Below, piece after piece: positions 17,944-28,138 of a DNA stretch of 64,000 nucleotides. The DNA is taken from IMG/VR virus record IMGVR_UViG_3300028833_000155, positions 1,644 to 65,643 of that record; one strand, given 5' to 3'. The stretch comes from a virus. How positions within the stretch are numbered: position 1 is the first letter of the stretch; each line of letters begins with the position of its first letter. The notes beneath the pieces were generated by a model. The model saw nothing but the letters and a program-made list of their open reading frames with translations, was not told where the DNA came from and made no database searches. The position numbers and the translations under genes were made by a program.

Positions 17944-18882
17944 ATGAAACCAATTAATTTTAGTAAGAGTTTCCTTGCTATTGGTAAGACACAGGAGAGC
18001 AAGGAATCAAGTGAATTCAAGCGTTATGTAGGTGTAGGAAGTACTTTTGTCAAGGGTGTGCAGCCTACTAAGAAGGAGCTTGATGAGTTCTTTGGCTTTG
18101 AATCTCAGACAGAACCTGAGTATGTGAAGGATGGTGAGAATGGCAAGGAGGTACATATCACTTTCCTACTCCAGACTGACCCTGACACCCATAATGGCAT
18201 TGAGCTGAAGTCAAGGGCAATGTTTACTTTGCGTGCCACTCCTGCATATAACAGAGACCAGACAAAGGTGCAGGTACTTGACCAGTATGGAAACTATACA
18301 TGGGCTAATGTTGAGGATGCAAAGGCTGGCAGGCCCATTGTCTCTGCCAATGGTAATCCTCAGAAGATTGACACAAAATATCGCATGGCCTGTGTAGGTG
18401 AGTGTGACCTTGTAGCTTTCCTTAAGAAATATCTTTGTGTGGCTGATGCCTTCAACTATGTCAATGGCACATGGGTCAAGAAGGAGAATGCTGCTGAATG
18501 TGTCTTTGGTCTGGAGAATATCAAAGACTATTTCAAGGGAGACTTCAGGGAATTGAAGGATGCACTGGCTCTCCAGCCCAACAATAAGGTAAAACTTCTC
18601 TATGGTGTTCGCACTAATGATGAGGGTAAACAGTATCAGGTTGTATGCACCCGTGGTGAACTAGTGCTTCCTAACAATGCTAATGTTAATGCCTTGAACC
18701 GCCTGGAGAAGGATTTAGTCAATGCAAAGCAGGCAGGTGCTTATGCTAGCACTGACTACCAGGTATGTGAGCTTAAGGAGTGGACAGTGGAACCCACTAA
18801 CCTTGATAAGCCTGCCAATGATACAAGTGACCTGCCATTTGATGCCCCATCAGCAGATAATGGCGGTATGCCTTGGGATTAA
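17944..18882 (+). CDS. Putative single-stranded DNA-binding protein
   Basis: Located between the Sak4-like gene and primase; acidic tail DLPF...MPWD. Confidence 0.55.
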   Translation: MKPINFSKSFLAIGKTQESKESSEFKRYVGVGSTFVKGVQPTKKELDEFFGFESQTEPEYVKDGENGKEVHITFLLQTDPDTHNGIELKSRAMFTLRATPAYNRDQTKVQVLDQYGNYTWANVEDAKAGRPIVSANGNPQKIDTKYRMACVGECDLVAFLKKYLCVADAFNYVNGTWVKKENAAECVFGLENIKDYFKGDFRELKDALALQPNNKVKLLYGVRTNDEGKQYQVVCTRGELVLPNNANVNALNRLEKDLVNAKQAGAYASTDYQVCELKEWTVEPTNLDKPANDTSDLPFDAPSADNGGMPWD

Positions 18883-18976
18883 GTAGTGGCAGCTACTATG
18901 GAGAGGAAAGAGCAATTGGGTGTTCATGTTTTCCTCTCCTAATCCCTTTTCTTCAAACCCTTTTAGTGATAATCTT

Positions 18977-19990
18977 ATGATAGTAGGCAAGACATCATCC
19001 AGCATCTCCATCCCAGAACTGTTTGAGAAATATTCTGAAGTCAGTATCCTCACGGCAGTATTTCCTGAGATAACCAGTATTCCATGTAAAATCAGTTCTC
19101 CTTTTAGGGCAGACAATAACCCTTCCTTCAGCATCTATCTTGATGATGACAAGCACATCAGATATAAGGACTTTGGAGAGAGTGAAACTAAAGGTAGTTT
19201 GCTAGACCTCCTCTGTAAAAAGTGGAACTGTAGCTTCTATCAGGTCTTTGATAAGATATTGGAGACCATGCAAAAGAAGGAGAAGGATTCTGATGTTACT
19301 ATCAAGCCCAAACAGATCAAACTGATGACCCGTAAGGAATCATCAGAGCTGACTAAGATTCAGGTAGCTGTAAGACCTTGGAAACAGTATGACTTGGACT
19401 ATTGGCAATCCTATGGCATCACAAAGCTTTGGCTCGCACATGCTGGTGTCTATCCCATCTCTCATAAGATAATCACTAAAAAGGATAAGGAAACAGGTAA
19501 AACCTCTAAGTTCATCTTTACTACAGATAAGCTTGCTTACTGCTTTACTGAATACAAAGGTGGAAATTTATCCCTAAAGATATATCAACCCTATAATACC
19601 AGAGGCTTCAAATGGTGCAGTAAAATGGATTCCAGTGTTATCTCCCTATGGACTAAAGTGCCTGAATATGGTGACAGGATGGTAATATGCAGCAGCCTTA
19701 AAGATGCCCTATGTCTAAGTTGTCAATTACATATACCTTCCATAGCACCTCAGGGGGAGGGTTATTCTATCAGTGAGACTGCTGCAAATGAACTAAAAAG
19801 AAGATATAAAAAGGTGTTCATCTGCTTCGACACAGATGAAGCGGGTCTACAGGACAGCTTAAAACTATCAGAACAAACAGGTTTTCTCAGAGTTGTGCCT
19901 GACTTAAAGGGAGAGAAGGACATTAGTGACTTCTACAAATCCCTTGAAAACAAAGCTGAATTCAAACAATTAGAAAAGTACTTTTATTAA
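18977..19990 (+). CDS. dnaG: DnaG-type primase
   Basis: SPFRADNNPSF...YKDFG N-domain without Zn cysteines; TOPRIM SSLKDA, CFDTDEAG, KDISDF; ATG at 18977 preferred over the GTG in the upstream hairpin. Confidence 0.85.
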   Translation: MIVGKTSSSISIPELFEKYSEVSILTAVFPEITSIPCKISSPFRADNNPSFSIYLDDDKHIRYKDFGESETKGSLLDLLCKKWNCSFYQVFDKILETMQKKEKDSDVTIKPKQIKLMTRKESSELTKIQVAVRPWKQYDLDYWQSYGITKLWLAHAGVYPISHKIITKKDKETGKTSKFIFTTDKLAYCFTEYKGGNLSLKIYQPYNTRGFKWCSKMDSSVISLWTKVPEYGDRMVICSSLKDALCLSCQLHIPSIAPQGEGYSISETAANELKRRYKKVFICFDTDEAGLQDSLKLSEQTGFLRVVPDLKGEKDISDFYKSLENKAEFKQLEKYFY

Positions 19991-20007
19991 TTTAATTCAA
20001 TTTTATT

Positions 20008-20391
20008 ATGGCAGAAAAGAAAGTAAACTGTCTGGGCTTGGATAAGTTCCAGATGGCTATTATTAAGCGTAACTATACCACAGTAAAACCTCTTCTTAAC
20101 AAACGTAATAAAGCCAAGGAGAAGTTAGATGAGACCATTCGCAAGGCTACTGAGAAATATAATGAAGAGGTTGGCATGACAGATATGCAGATTGAGACCT
20201 TTGACAAGATTACTAAGGACTATACCAAGAAGTCTTGTGGTTACGAACTGACTTCTGAACAGGTAGCATTTTTCCACAATAATCCTGAGAAGTTTGATGA
20301 GTTCAAGCAGAAGAATCCTCTGGAGACTGAAATGGGCTTTAATGAGGAGAAGCAGCCTTGTGACCTTGATACTGAAGAAAATAAGGAGTAG
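20008..20391 (+). CDS. Coiled-coil hypothetical protein
   Basis: LDKFQMAIIKR...VKPL; resembles 17407. Confidence 0.65.
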   Translation: MAEKKVNCLGLDKFQMAIIKRNYTTVKPLLNKRNKAKEKLDETIRKATEKYNEEVGMTDMQIETFDKITKDYTKKSCGYELTSEQVAFFHNNPEKFDEFKQKNPLETEMGFNEEKQPCDLDTEENKE

Positions 20392-20468
20392 GAAGACAGA
20401 ATTAACTCTGGTAAATTGAAAGAAGTAGTATAACATTATTAAGATTAACAACAAAAACATTTTCTATT

Positions 20469-20780
20469 ATGGAAAGAAGTGAAATTTATGCTAAGATTAA
20501 GGAACTTAATCTTCAGGAAGAAGTAAAGAAAACCTATGGTAAGAACTACACTCAGGTGGGTAACTCTGACCTTGAGAAGATTATCTGGAACTATGATGCC
20601 ACTCATGTTGATTCTGACCCCTATGAGACTGAGGAGGAAGTAGAGGAAATAGAGGAAGTAAATACTCCTGCTAATGATGATACCACTACTACTGAAGATG
20701 CTTATGAGGCAGCTTGCTTGGTATTCCTTGGCATCTTGAAAGACTCTGGTAAGCTCGATACTCTGCTGGGTAAACTTTGA
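20469..20780 (+). CDS. Hypothetical protein
   Basis: RSEIYAKIKELNL...GKNYTQV; directly upstream of rIIA. Confidence 0.65.
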   Translation: MERSEIYAKIKELNLQEEVKKTYGKNYTQVGNSDLEKIIWNYDATHVDSDPYETEEEVEEIEEVNTPANDDTTTTEDAYEAACLVFLGILKDSGKLDTLLGKL

Positions 20781-20859
20781 ATATGAATTCTTTTATCATG
20801 GGGAGAGGATAAACTATGTCCTTTCCCCTTTATTTTCTAATTTATAACTCACGTGAGAA

Positions 20860-23091
20860 ATGATAATCAATAGAGATGAAAGTGAAGTTGCCGTATTAGG
20901 TGAAGTACAGAAATATAAGGTAGGTATAGATGAGAAGAATATCAATCATATTGTCACTATTCTGTCATCTAATCTCTATTCCCATCCCATGCAGTCTTTC
21001 CTGCGTGAGACTGTTAGTAATGCTATTGACTCCCACTTGGAAGCTGGAGTTGATGAACCTATTATTATTACTATCACAGACCAAGATATAGCTATTCGTG
21101 ACTTTGGAACTGGCATTTCTCCTGAACGATTCCAAGAGATATATACTAATATCGGCAGTAGTACAAAAAGACAATCAAATAATTATATAGGACATTTCGG
21201 AATTGGTCGCTTTAGCTGCCTGAGTGTCAGTGATTTAGCTAATATTACCTCCTTCTACAACGGCAAGGCATACTACTATGTGATGAATAAAGATATTGAC
21301 CAGCTTCATATTGACTTGCTGTTTGAAAAAGATACCAATGAGCATAATGGTGTAGAGGTTAAGATTCCTTTCAAGGAGAAATTGGTTACTGAGGATTGGA
21401 GAACTCTGAGTTTTATCAAGAATATCTATGTAGAAGATGAACGTAAGAATGCTTATGGAGAACAAGGTGCAATAATTAGTTCTTTCAACAAACGTAGGGT
21501 TTATAGTTACAAGTCATTTAAGGTTCTAAACATAGAATATCCTTTCAAGTCTTCAGAAGATAGTACAAGGGTACTTATTGGCTCTATTCCCTATAGGGTT
21601 GATTATACCTCACTCTGGAATGATGATATACATGATAACTGGGCTGCAACCTTTAAGAGAGTATGTCCATGTTTGAATATAGGTGATGTAGATATTACTC
21701 CTAATAGAGAAGGACTACTTTATTCTGAACGTACTAAGAATGCTTTGAGGAATGCTTATACTAATGCTATCATTGAGTTGACAGAACTGTGTGACACCTC
21801 TTGCAATGAAGAATACAAAGACTTCAAAACTTTTGCCAGTGCAATCAAAAACCATTATAAGAATCAATTGTATTTAGATGGTGTAACTATAGAATTACCT
21901 GATGAACTGCCTTACAAGGCTCTTTATAAGGGTTTTGAAGACTGTGATTTTAAGGTTTTAAAGGATATAATCAAGCAATTTTTCTGGTATAAGTATGAAG
22001 ATGTAATAGTCAAATATGTAGGATATAGAGATGAGATTCAGAAAGGCAGACATGCTCTTAACTACAGAATAGAAGACTTACTGGATTCATGTACTGATAG
22101 TTATAATATAGTGGTAGCTGTTCCTGATGCCCAAGGCTTTAGCTCTAAGTATATCAAGGGATTCCTCTTTGAACAGTTTAGCACTAAAACTGTTATCATA
22201 GTCAAGAAGCTTCGTCTAACTAAACATAATATCAAACATTTCATCAGGGAGCAGTTTGGTATTACCACATTAGCAAACTCTAAGAATGTACACCTTATTA
22301 TAAAACTCCTCCGAGAGTTCTTGCAGTGGTTCAATCAGCATGTCAAGGACTATGATATTATCCACTCTGAAGAGTATCTTCAATATAAGGAAGATAACAA
22401 AGAGGAGAAAGTATATGTCCGCAGTCATACTAAGATACCATATCACATCTGGTATCCTTCACAGTCTGGATGTGCTACAGAATCTGATACTCCTGATGAC
22501 TTGATGAGACGTTTGAAGAGAGAATACAAAAATTGCAGAATAGTCTATGCCCAGTTAGAAAACATTTTCATCAATGCATTCAAAGCTATTGGCTATCCTA
22601 ACCTTATTATTATCGGTCTGTCCCAGTCTAACTACCAACTGGCAGAAAAGGGAATGTTTCCTTCATGGGTAACTCCTATTGAGAATCTCTATTCTGAGGA
22701 TAATCGTACTCTTCAGAAAATGGCAGCATTAGAGTACATCAGAAGTAAGTGGGTCATTAGTACACTCAGTATTCCATTACCTAAATCTATTATAAAGTTG
22801 TCACAGGAGATGGTTAATTGGAGTAGTATTTACCCACATCAACATTCGTACACTTATTATGATGCTTATGACTTACTTAATGTTGTTCCAGAAAAGAAAT
22901 ATGACCGTCAGATAATGGCAATCTATCATCAGTTAGAGAAGTATATTCAAGTAAATAGGAAACTGAGTAATTATAGTTATTCAGATAAATTTTTTTGGTA
23001 TTTCCTAATGAAGGCTAAGAAGATAAGACTAGATTATGAGTATTATAAGAATATTAAAATTAACATTAACTATATAATAAATTCAATATGA
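20860..23091 (+). CDS. rIIA: RIIA-like protein with GHKL ATPase domain
   Basis: NLYS...LRETVSNAIDSH, IRDFGTGI, GHFGIG, NGVEV, ITPNREGL. Confidence 0.85.
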   Translation: MIINRDESEVAVLGEVQKYKVGIDEKNINHIVTILSSNLYSHPMQSFLRETVSNAIDSHLEAGVDEPIIITITDQDIAIRDFGTGISPERFQEIYTNIGSSTKRQSNNYIGHFGIGRFSCLSVSDLANITSFYNGKAYYYVMNKDIDQLHIDLLFEKDTNEHNGVEVKIPFKEKLVTEDWRTLSFIKNIYVEDERKNAYGEQGAIISSFNKRRVYSYKSFKVLNIEYPFKSSEDSTRVLIGSIPYRVDYTSLWNDDIHDNWAATFKRVCPCLNIGDVDITPNREGLLYSERTKNALRNAYTNAIIELTELCDTSCNEEYKDFKTFASAIKNHYKNQLYLDGVTIELPDELPYKALYKGFEDCDFKVLKDIIKQFFWYKYEDVIVKYVGYRDEIQKGRHALNYRIEDLLDSCTDSYNIVVAVPDAQGFSSKYIKGFLFEQFSTKTVIIVKKLRLTKHNIKHFIREQFGITTLANSKNVHLIIKLLREFLQWFNQHVKDYDIIHSEEYLQYKEDNKEEKVYVRSHTKIPYHIWYPSQSGCATESDTPDDLMRRLKREYKNCRIVYAQLENIFINAFKAIGYPNLIIIGLSQSNYQLAEKGMFPSWVTPIENLYSEDNRTLQKMAALEYIRSKWVISTLSIPLPKSIIKLSQEMVNWSSIYPHQHSYTYYDAYDLLNVVPEKKYDRQIMAIYHQLEKYIQVNRKLSNYSYSDKFFWYFLMKAKKIRLDYEYYKNIKININYIINSI

Positions 23092-25266
23092 GAATTGTAA
23101 GATGTAAAAACAGTCTGACTGCTATATTGGCAGATGGGCGTATTATTCAGACAAATGACTGTACTGATGAAATCTTTGAGCAGGTTAAGAAACTCAAGGA
23201 AGAAGAGAATGAGTTTGAACTGATTAACCTATTGATTCCTGAGATTGATGAGGAGGATGGGAATAATGAGGAAGCAATCCTCAAGAAGTATCGTACTTTC
23301 TTTATTAAGGTTGCTGATAAGGCAGAGACTTCTAAGATTCTTGAAGTAAAGATAGATAATGACAACAATCGAGCTATGTATTGGCCTTCTGTTTCCCCAT
23401 TGTCTCTACCACCTGAACTGGCAGACAGAATTCTTGAAGCAGAGAGAAAGGATGACCAGCACCTTATTGATACCTATAAGAACTTCTGGACTCTTACTTC
23501 TTTAAATCCTCGACCTGAAGTAAGAAGAAATCTATTTAGGTTCTTGTCTAAATGGGGAATGGTTATCTCTAAGTCTGGCCTCTTCGTTGGTTATAGGAAT
23601 GTAGAAGTAAAAGAAGAAGGAGAAACTCCTGAGACTACTATTTATACTGACAGTCACAGCCATACTACTACAATTCGTATTGGTCATGTTACATCTATCC
23701 CTATTGATGAGTGTGACCTTAATAATGATAGAGAATGTAGTAGAGGGTTAACATGTAGCCCACTTAGGAAGTAATTCCTTTGGAAAATAACGGGTAAAAT
23801 CGGTGAAGCTATTTAACATTTACTTTAGAAATATTTAGGACATTAATTAGGTGGTTGCTCTATTGGAGCAATTTCTGTACCTTTACAACAACAAAAGATT
23901 GTAAAGGATGAAATTCACAAAAGCGCAATTAGAAAAGATTTATTTAGAAGAGTGCGTAAACAACAAAATGCGCTACTCTGAAGTTAAAAAGAAGTATGAT
24001 ATTCCAAGAGGTACTTGGGACTATTGGATCAGGAAAAGAGGAGGCAAAAAGGCAGACCTTAGAAGGCACAGGCCAAATGATGACTTCTTTAATTACATTG
24101 ATTCAGAAGTAAAGGCTTACCTACTTGGATATTTGTATGCTGATGGGTATTTAGCATCTGATGGTAGAATTGGGATTAGATTGCAGGAAGATGATGTAGA
24201 AATAATAGAAATGATACAGAAATATATCTGTCCTAATAGTCCTGTTGAGTCTTCAAATAATCAAAATTTCAAAAGAAAACCACAGCATTCTATTAGATGG
24301 AAATCTCCAATAATGTATAAAAGACTGCAAGAATTAGGGTTTTGCATAGATAAAACTCATACAGATTCTAATATTTTTCAGCTAATCCCTGAAGAATTGA
24401 AAAGGCATTTTCTTAGAGGATATACTGATGGAGATGGTCATATACAATCCTATAGACTAGATAATAGCACTTATAGAAAGATTAGTATAGTTTGGGCTAA
24501 TGGAAGTTCTCAGATACTGACAGATATTCAAAATTGGCTACCTCAATACCATTGGCATCTATATAACAATGAAACTTTTTATGTTTTAGGATGCTATACA
24601 CAGCATGATGTATACAGAGTAATAGAACTGCTTTACAAAGATGCAAACTTCTTTTTAACTAGAAAAATGAATCAAGCTAATAAAATATTTGATTTCTTTA
24701 GTAATAGTAATACCGAGCTAACTCAACAGATTGCGTAAGGCTGTTGGGTAGTGTAACGCATAGGTGGTGAATAAATATAATCCACCCACGAGTATCCGTC
24801 TCCTTATGGGAGCAAAATATATGCTGAACTGCAAGAAGAGTTAAAGTACTTGCAGAACTACAGGATAAAAAGCCTGTAGGATAACAAAATTGTACATATT
24901 GGTGGTACTTCATGGCTTCGCTATAATTACTTTGGTAATACAGGCTTAGTATGCCTTGTTAACCCAATGGATGTTTGCGCTGTGCCTTGGGCTAACTCTG
25001 AGTACGGTAAGATCCGCACTTGTGCCTATATGCCTATTGCTGTTGCCCAATATAATGATGATGGTTATATCATTCCATATACAGATAAAGATGGCTTTGA
25101 CTCTAAGTATGTCAAGACCATTCTCTATGACGGTGTAATGAATCCTGAAGAACACCCTGAATATAGTGTCCGAATTCAACCTAATAAGGAGGAAGGTCAA
25201 ACTTATAAGTCTGTTTCTGATAAACTCCTTGAAGTAGCACGAAAGTTCATCAAGGAGAATGAATGA
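23088..25266 (+). CDS. rIIB: RIIB-like protein, spliced: exons 23088-23748 and 24893-25266 (344 aa)
   Basis: Splicing restores CSRGLHIG...LVNPMDVCAVP...KIRTC; also LFRFL...SGLFVGYR; follows rIIA. Confidence 0.85.
23749..24892 (+). mobile_element. Group I intron (1144 nt) in rIIB
   Basis: P1 GGGU/GCCC(23758); P10 ATGTA(23753) pairs with 3' exon TACAT; AAATCGGTGAA and AATACCGAGC; P7 GCATA/TATGC; terminal G at 24892. Confidence 0.88.
23908..24738 (+). CDS. Intron-encoded LAGLIDADG homing endonuclease
   Basis: Two motifs, AYLLGYLYADG and HFLRGYTDGDG; N-terminal HTH-like segment. Confidence 0.88.
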   Translation: MKFTKAQLEKIYLEECVNNKMRYSEVKKKYDIPRGTWDYWIRKRGGKKADLRRHRPNDDFFNYIDSEVKAYLLGYLYADGYLASDGRIGIRLQEDDVEIIEMIQKYICPNSPVESSNNQNFKRKPQHSIRWKSPIMYKRLQELGFCIDKTHTDSNIFQLIPEELKRHFLRGYTDGDGHIQSYRLDNSTYRKISIVWANGSSQILTDIQNWLPQYHWHLYNNETFYVLGCYTQHDVYRVIELLYKDANFFLTRKMNQANKIFDFFSNSNTELTQQIA

Positions 25267-25960
25267 CCATACAAGAATATTTTGGTGATTGGTCTAAAAT
25301 GATAGACTTATTAGAGGCTGACAAAATTATTAAGAAACTGTCAGCCTCTAATCATATTGTTTATCCTAAGCTCAAGGGCATCTTCAAAACCTTCACACTG
25401 TATCCCTTTGACAATCTTAGATTACTAATCATAGGTTTGAATCCCTACAACACACTTCGTCCTGTAAACTGTGGTATTTCCACAGTAAAAATCCCTATAG
25501 CCAAGAGTCTCACTTTTGTTAATAGTCCAAACATACAAAAACTATCTTCTTCCTTAGAAATACTAAAGGAGTCTGTAATCAATTACACCTTCCCTCACAG
25601 AACCATTAACTTTGACCCAAGTTTGGAGAAGTGGGAATCACATGGAGTGCTGCTGTTAATTCCAGCACTTTCCTTGGAAATAGGAAGAGAGTCAAGCCAC
25701 ACTTTAATGTGGGGACTTTTCATCAAGTCCTTGCTCACCAATCTCTCAAAGTACCATACAGGCACTGTCTATATCCTCATAGGAACTGTAGCTCAAAGCT
25801 TTGAACTATATATCAACAGACAGTTCAACCATGTCATTCATATAAGACATCCCTCATGGTATGCAAGACAGAAGCAGAGAATGCTTTCTGATGTCAAGAG
25901 GTTAACTCCATTCTTATAGCCCAGAATAGCTATGGCATAGAGTGGTATAAAGAGTATTAA
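25263..25960 (+). pseudogene. ung: Degenerate uracil-DNA glycosylase (family 1)
   Basis: UDG pattern retained (W..HGVLLL, HPS), but GQDPY reads GLNPY and LLLN reads LLLI; C-terminus QEVNSIL...GIEW lies in another frame after ~25894. Confidence 0.7.
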
Positions 25961-26019
25961 TGTTCAGTATATTGCTGTATTGCAACAATCAGTATTAACA
26001 AACAAGAGGATAATAAAAA

Positions 26020-26460
26020 ATGAAAAAGTATTTTGTCGCAGACACTAATGAGGAGATTCAGACTGGTGAAACTCTTCAGCTAGACTTTACTAAAGAGGTT
26101 AAGCATGGCAGAATTAAGACTACACAGGACATTACATTAAATGAGGTAACCATCCCTTGGCTTCTCAAGACTGGTATAATTGAGGAGCGTGAAGTGGGGG
26201 AAGAGGAGGATAATACTTCTGAGGAAGACCTCCTTGACTTTAGTGATGAGACATCCTGTGAGGCTCTTGAAGCCCTTGAAGAGGACTTTGAGACCCTTGA
26301 GGAGAAAGTTGAATCCTTGGAGCAAGAGATTGGGCAGCTCAAAGGTATGCACAAGGACTATGTAGCCCTTACCCACAAGACGCTTGACACCTTCAAGGAG
26401 TTTGTCCTTAGTCTACCTGAAAAGGAAGAGAAGAAGAATGTCCAACCCAAAAAGAAATAA
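26020..26460 (+). CDS. Hypothetical acidic coiled-coil protein
   Basis: ORF track; TAATG overlap with the next gene. Confidence 0.65.
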   Translation: MKKYFVADTNEEIQTGETLQLDFTKEVKHGRIKTTQDITLNEVTIPWLLKTGIIEEREVGEEEDNTSEEDLLDFSDETSCEALEALEEDFETLEEKVESLEQEIGQLKGMHKDYVALTHKTLDTFKEFVLSLPEKEEKKNVQPKKK

Positions 26461-27029
26461 TGAGTGAACATATTGTAGGTGTAGAACCCACTGTCTATAA
26501 TGGATTCAAGTACAAAAGTAAACTGGAAGCCAAGACAGCTGAAACACTGGATAAAATGGGTATCCCCTGGGAGTATGAGTCTAAGACTTATACTCTCCAA
26601 GAGGGATTCTATTGCCAGTGGCAGAAGAGAAAGGTAATGTCTATTGACTATAAGCCAGATTTCTTCATAGGACCTGTAATGATTGAGACTAAAGGATGGA
26701 AGACTCCAGACTTCAAACTCAAGGAAAAGATGTTCTACAAATATCTCAAAGAAAATGAACCTGATGCCATCTATTATATAGTAAGGAATCAGAAAGAACT
26801 TCTTGAAGCCTTAGATAAGCATTGGGATTGTTTAGGTTATTGTCTGGAAATTACCCCTAAACCTCAAAAGAATAAGACTACTCAATCCAGAAAGTTTTCC
26901 TCTATTGCAGAAGCTTTAGTGGCCATTCATCGTCAAGGCAAGTCTTATACTACAATTCTTCGCTCCCTCACAGGCAAAGTACAGTATGTCTTTGGGTATA
27001 ATTTCAAATTAGTAAAACTTAAATTATAA
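26460..27029 (+). CDS. PD-(D/E)xK endonuclease, T7 endonuclease I/resolvase-like, with C-terminal NUMOD1-like HTH
   Basis: YKSKLE...WEYE...YKPDF...IETKG; FSSIAEA. Confidence 0.75.
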   Translation: MSEHIVGVEPTVYNGFKYKSKLEAKTAETLDKMGIPWEYESKTYTLQEGFYCQWQKRKVMSIDYKPDFFIGPVMIETKGWKTPDFKLKEKMFYKYLKENEPDAIYYIVRNQKELLEALDKHWDCLGYCLEITPKPQKNKTTQSRKFSSIAEALVAIHRQGKSYTTILRSLTGKVQYVFGYNFKLVKLKL

Positions 27030-27031
27030 TT

Positions 27032-28072
27032 ATGGAAATACAAAAGGAATTAAAAGATATAAGTTGGCTGGTAGATGAGCCAACCTATAGAGCAGACCCT
27101 GCTTTATCTTACTCCACTTTGGCTAAATATGAAAGAGAGGGATTTGATAAACTAGATAAGCTGTTTGAGCATATCAGTACCCCATCTCTAATTGAAGGCT
27201 CAGCAGTTGATGCAATAATTACAGGAGGTGCTGATGAGTTCAATGCTAACTTTATAGTACTGGATATTAATGTTACTGATGGAGGTAAAGATACTTGTAG
27301 TAAACTTGTTGAGATGAATTTGCCTTTTGACTCATTCGAAGAGATACCTGAAGAAGTAGTATCTCAAGCTGCAAAATTATCAGGATTTTGGCAAGCAGAT
27401 AAGTGGGATAAAATAAGGTATAAGAAGGTTCTTGAAACTGGAAATATAACAGAATACTACAATGCTCTCAGACATAGTGACAAAACCATTCTTGATACTA
27501 AGGCTTTTGAGTATGTGCAGGCTATGGTTAGAGCACTTAAGGAATCACCTGCTACTGCTGGTTACTTTGCAGAAAATGATGAGTTGTCCCCTGTTAGGAG
27601 GTACTATCAGTTGAAGTTCAAGGCTACCTTTGAAGGAGTAAATTACAGAATAATGGCTGATGACATCTTAGTAGATTATGAGAAAAAGATTATCTATCCC
27701 ACTGATCTGAAAACTAGTGGAAAGGCAGAGTGGAATTTTGAGCATAGTTTCTTGCAATGGTCATATTGGATACAAAGCCGCTTATACTGGAGAGTTATTA
27801 AGGCTAATCTTATGAAGGATGATTACTTTAAGGACTTTACTCTTATGCCCTACAGATTTATTGTAGTCAATAAGTTCACTCTTACACCATTAGTCTGGGA
27901 GTTTCCTCTCACACAGTCTGTAGGAACCCTTGTAGATGAGAATGGTAATGAGTACAGAGACCCATTTGAGATTGGCAAAGAGCTTCAAGGCTACCTTAAT
28001 CTTAGACCACCAGTACCAAATGGTATCAATAAAGATGGTATCAACATTATCAAGTGCCTTTCCAAAAAATAG
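27032..28072 (+). CDS. RecE/Cas4-like PD-(D/E)xK exonuclease
   Basis: LSYSTL...GSAVD...ADDILVD...DLKTSG...Y.IQ..LY. Confidence 0.75.
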   Translation: MEIQKELKDISWLVDEPTYRADPALSYSTLAKYEREGFDKLDKLFEHISTPSLIEGSAVDAIITGGADEFNANFIVLDINVTDGGKDTCSKLVEMNLPFDSFEEIPEEVVSQAAKLSGFWQADKWDKIRYKKVLETGNITEYYNALRHSDKTILDTKAFEYVQAMVRALKESPATAGYFAENDELSPVRRYYQLKFKATFEGVNYRIMADDILVDYEKKIIYPTDLKTSGKAEWNFEHSFLQWSYWIQSRLYWRVIKANLMKDDYFKDFTLMPYRFIVVNKFTLTPLVWEFPLTQSVGTLVDENGNEYRDPFEIGKELQGYLNLRPPVPNGINKDGINIIKCLSKK

Positions 28073-28138
28073 TGTGTTTTGTGGTTTTGCCACAAAGAAA
28101 AAAATCAAAAATACTTTAATGCTTAACAATATGAAGAA

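Noticed and set aside
18920-18976. Longer primase start from the ORF track
   Set aside because: The GTG lies in an intergenic hairpin; the ATG at 18977 has a typical leader
24967-25266. Independent 99-aa gene
   Set aside because: It is the 3' exon of rIIB; the coding frame extends back to 24893
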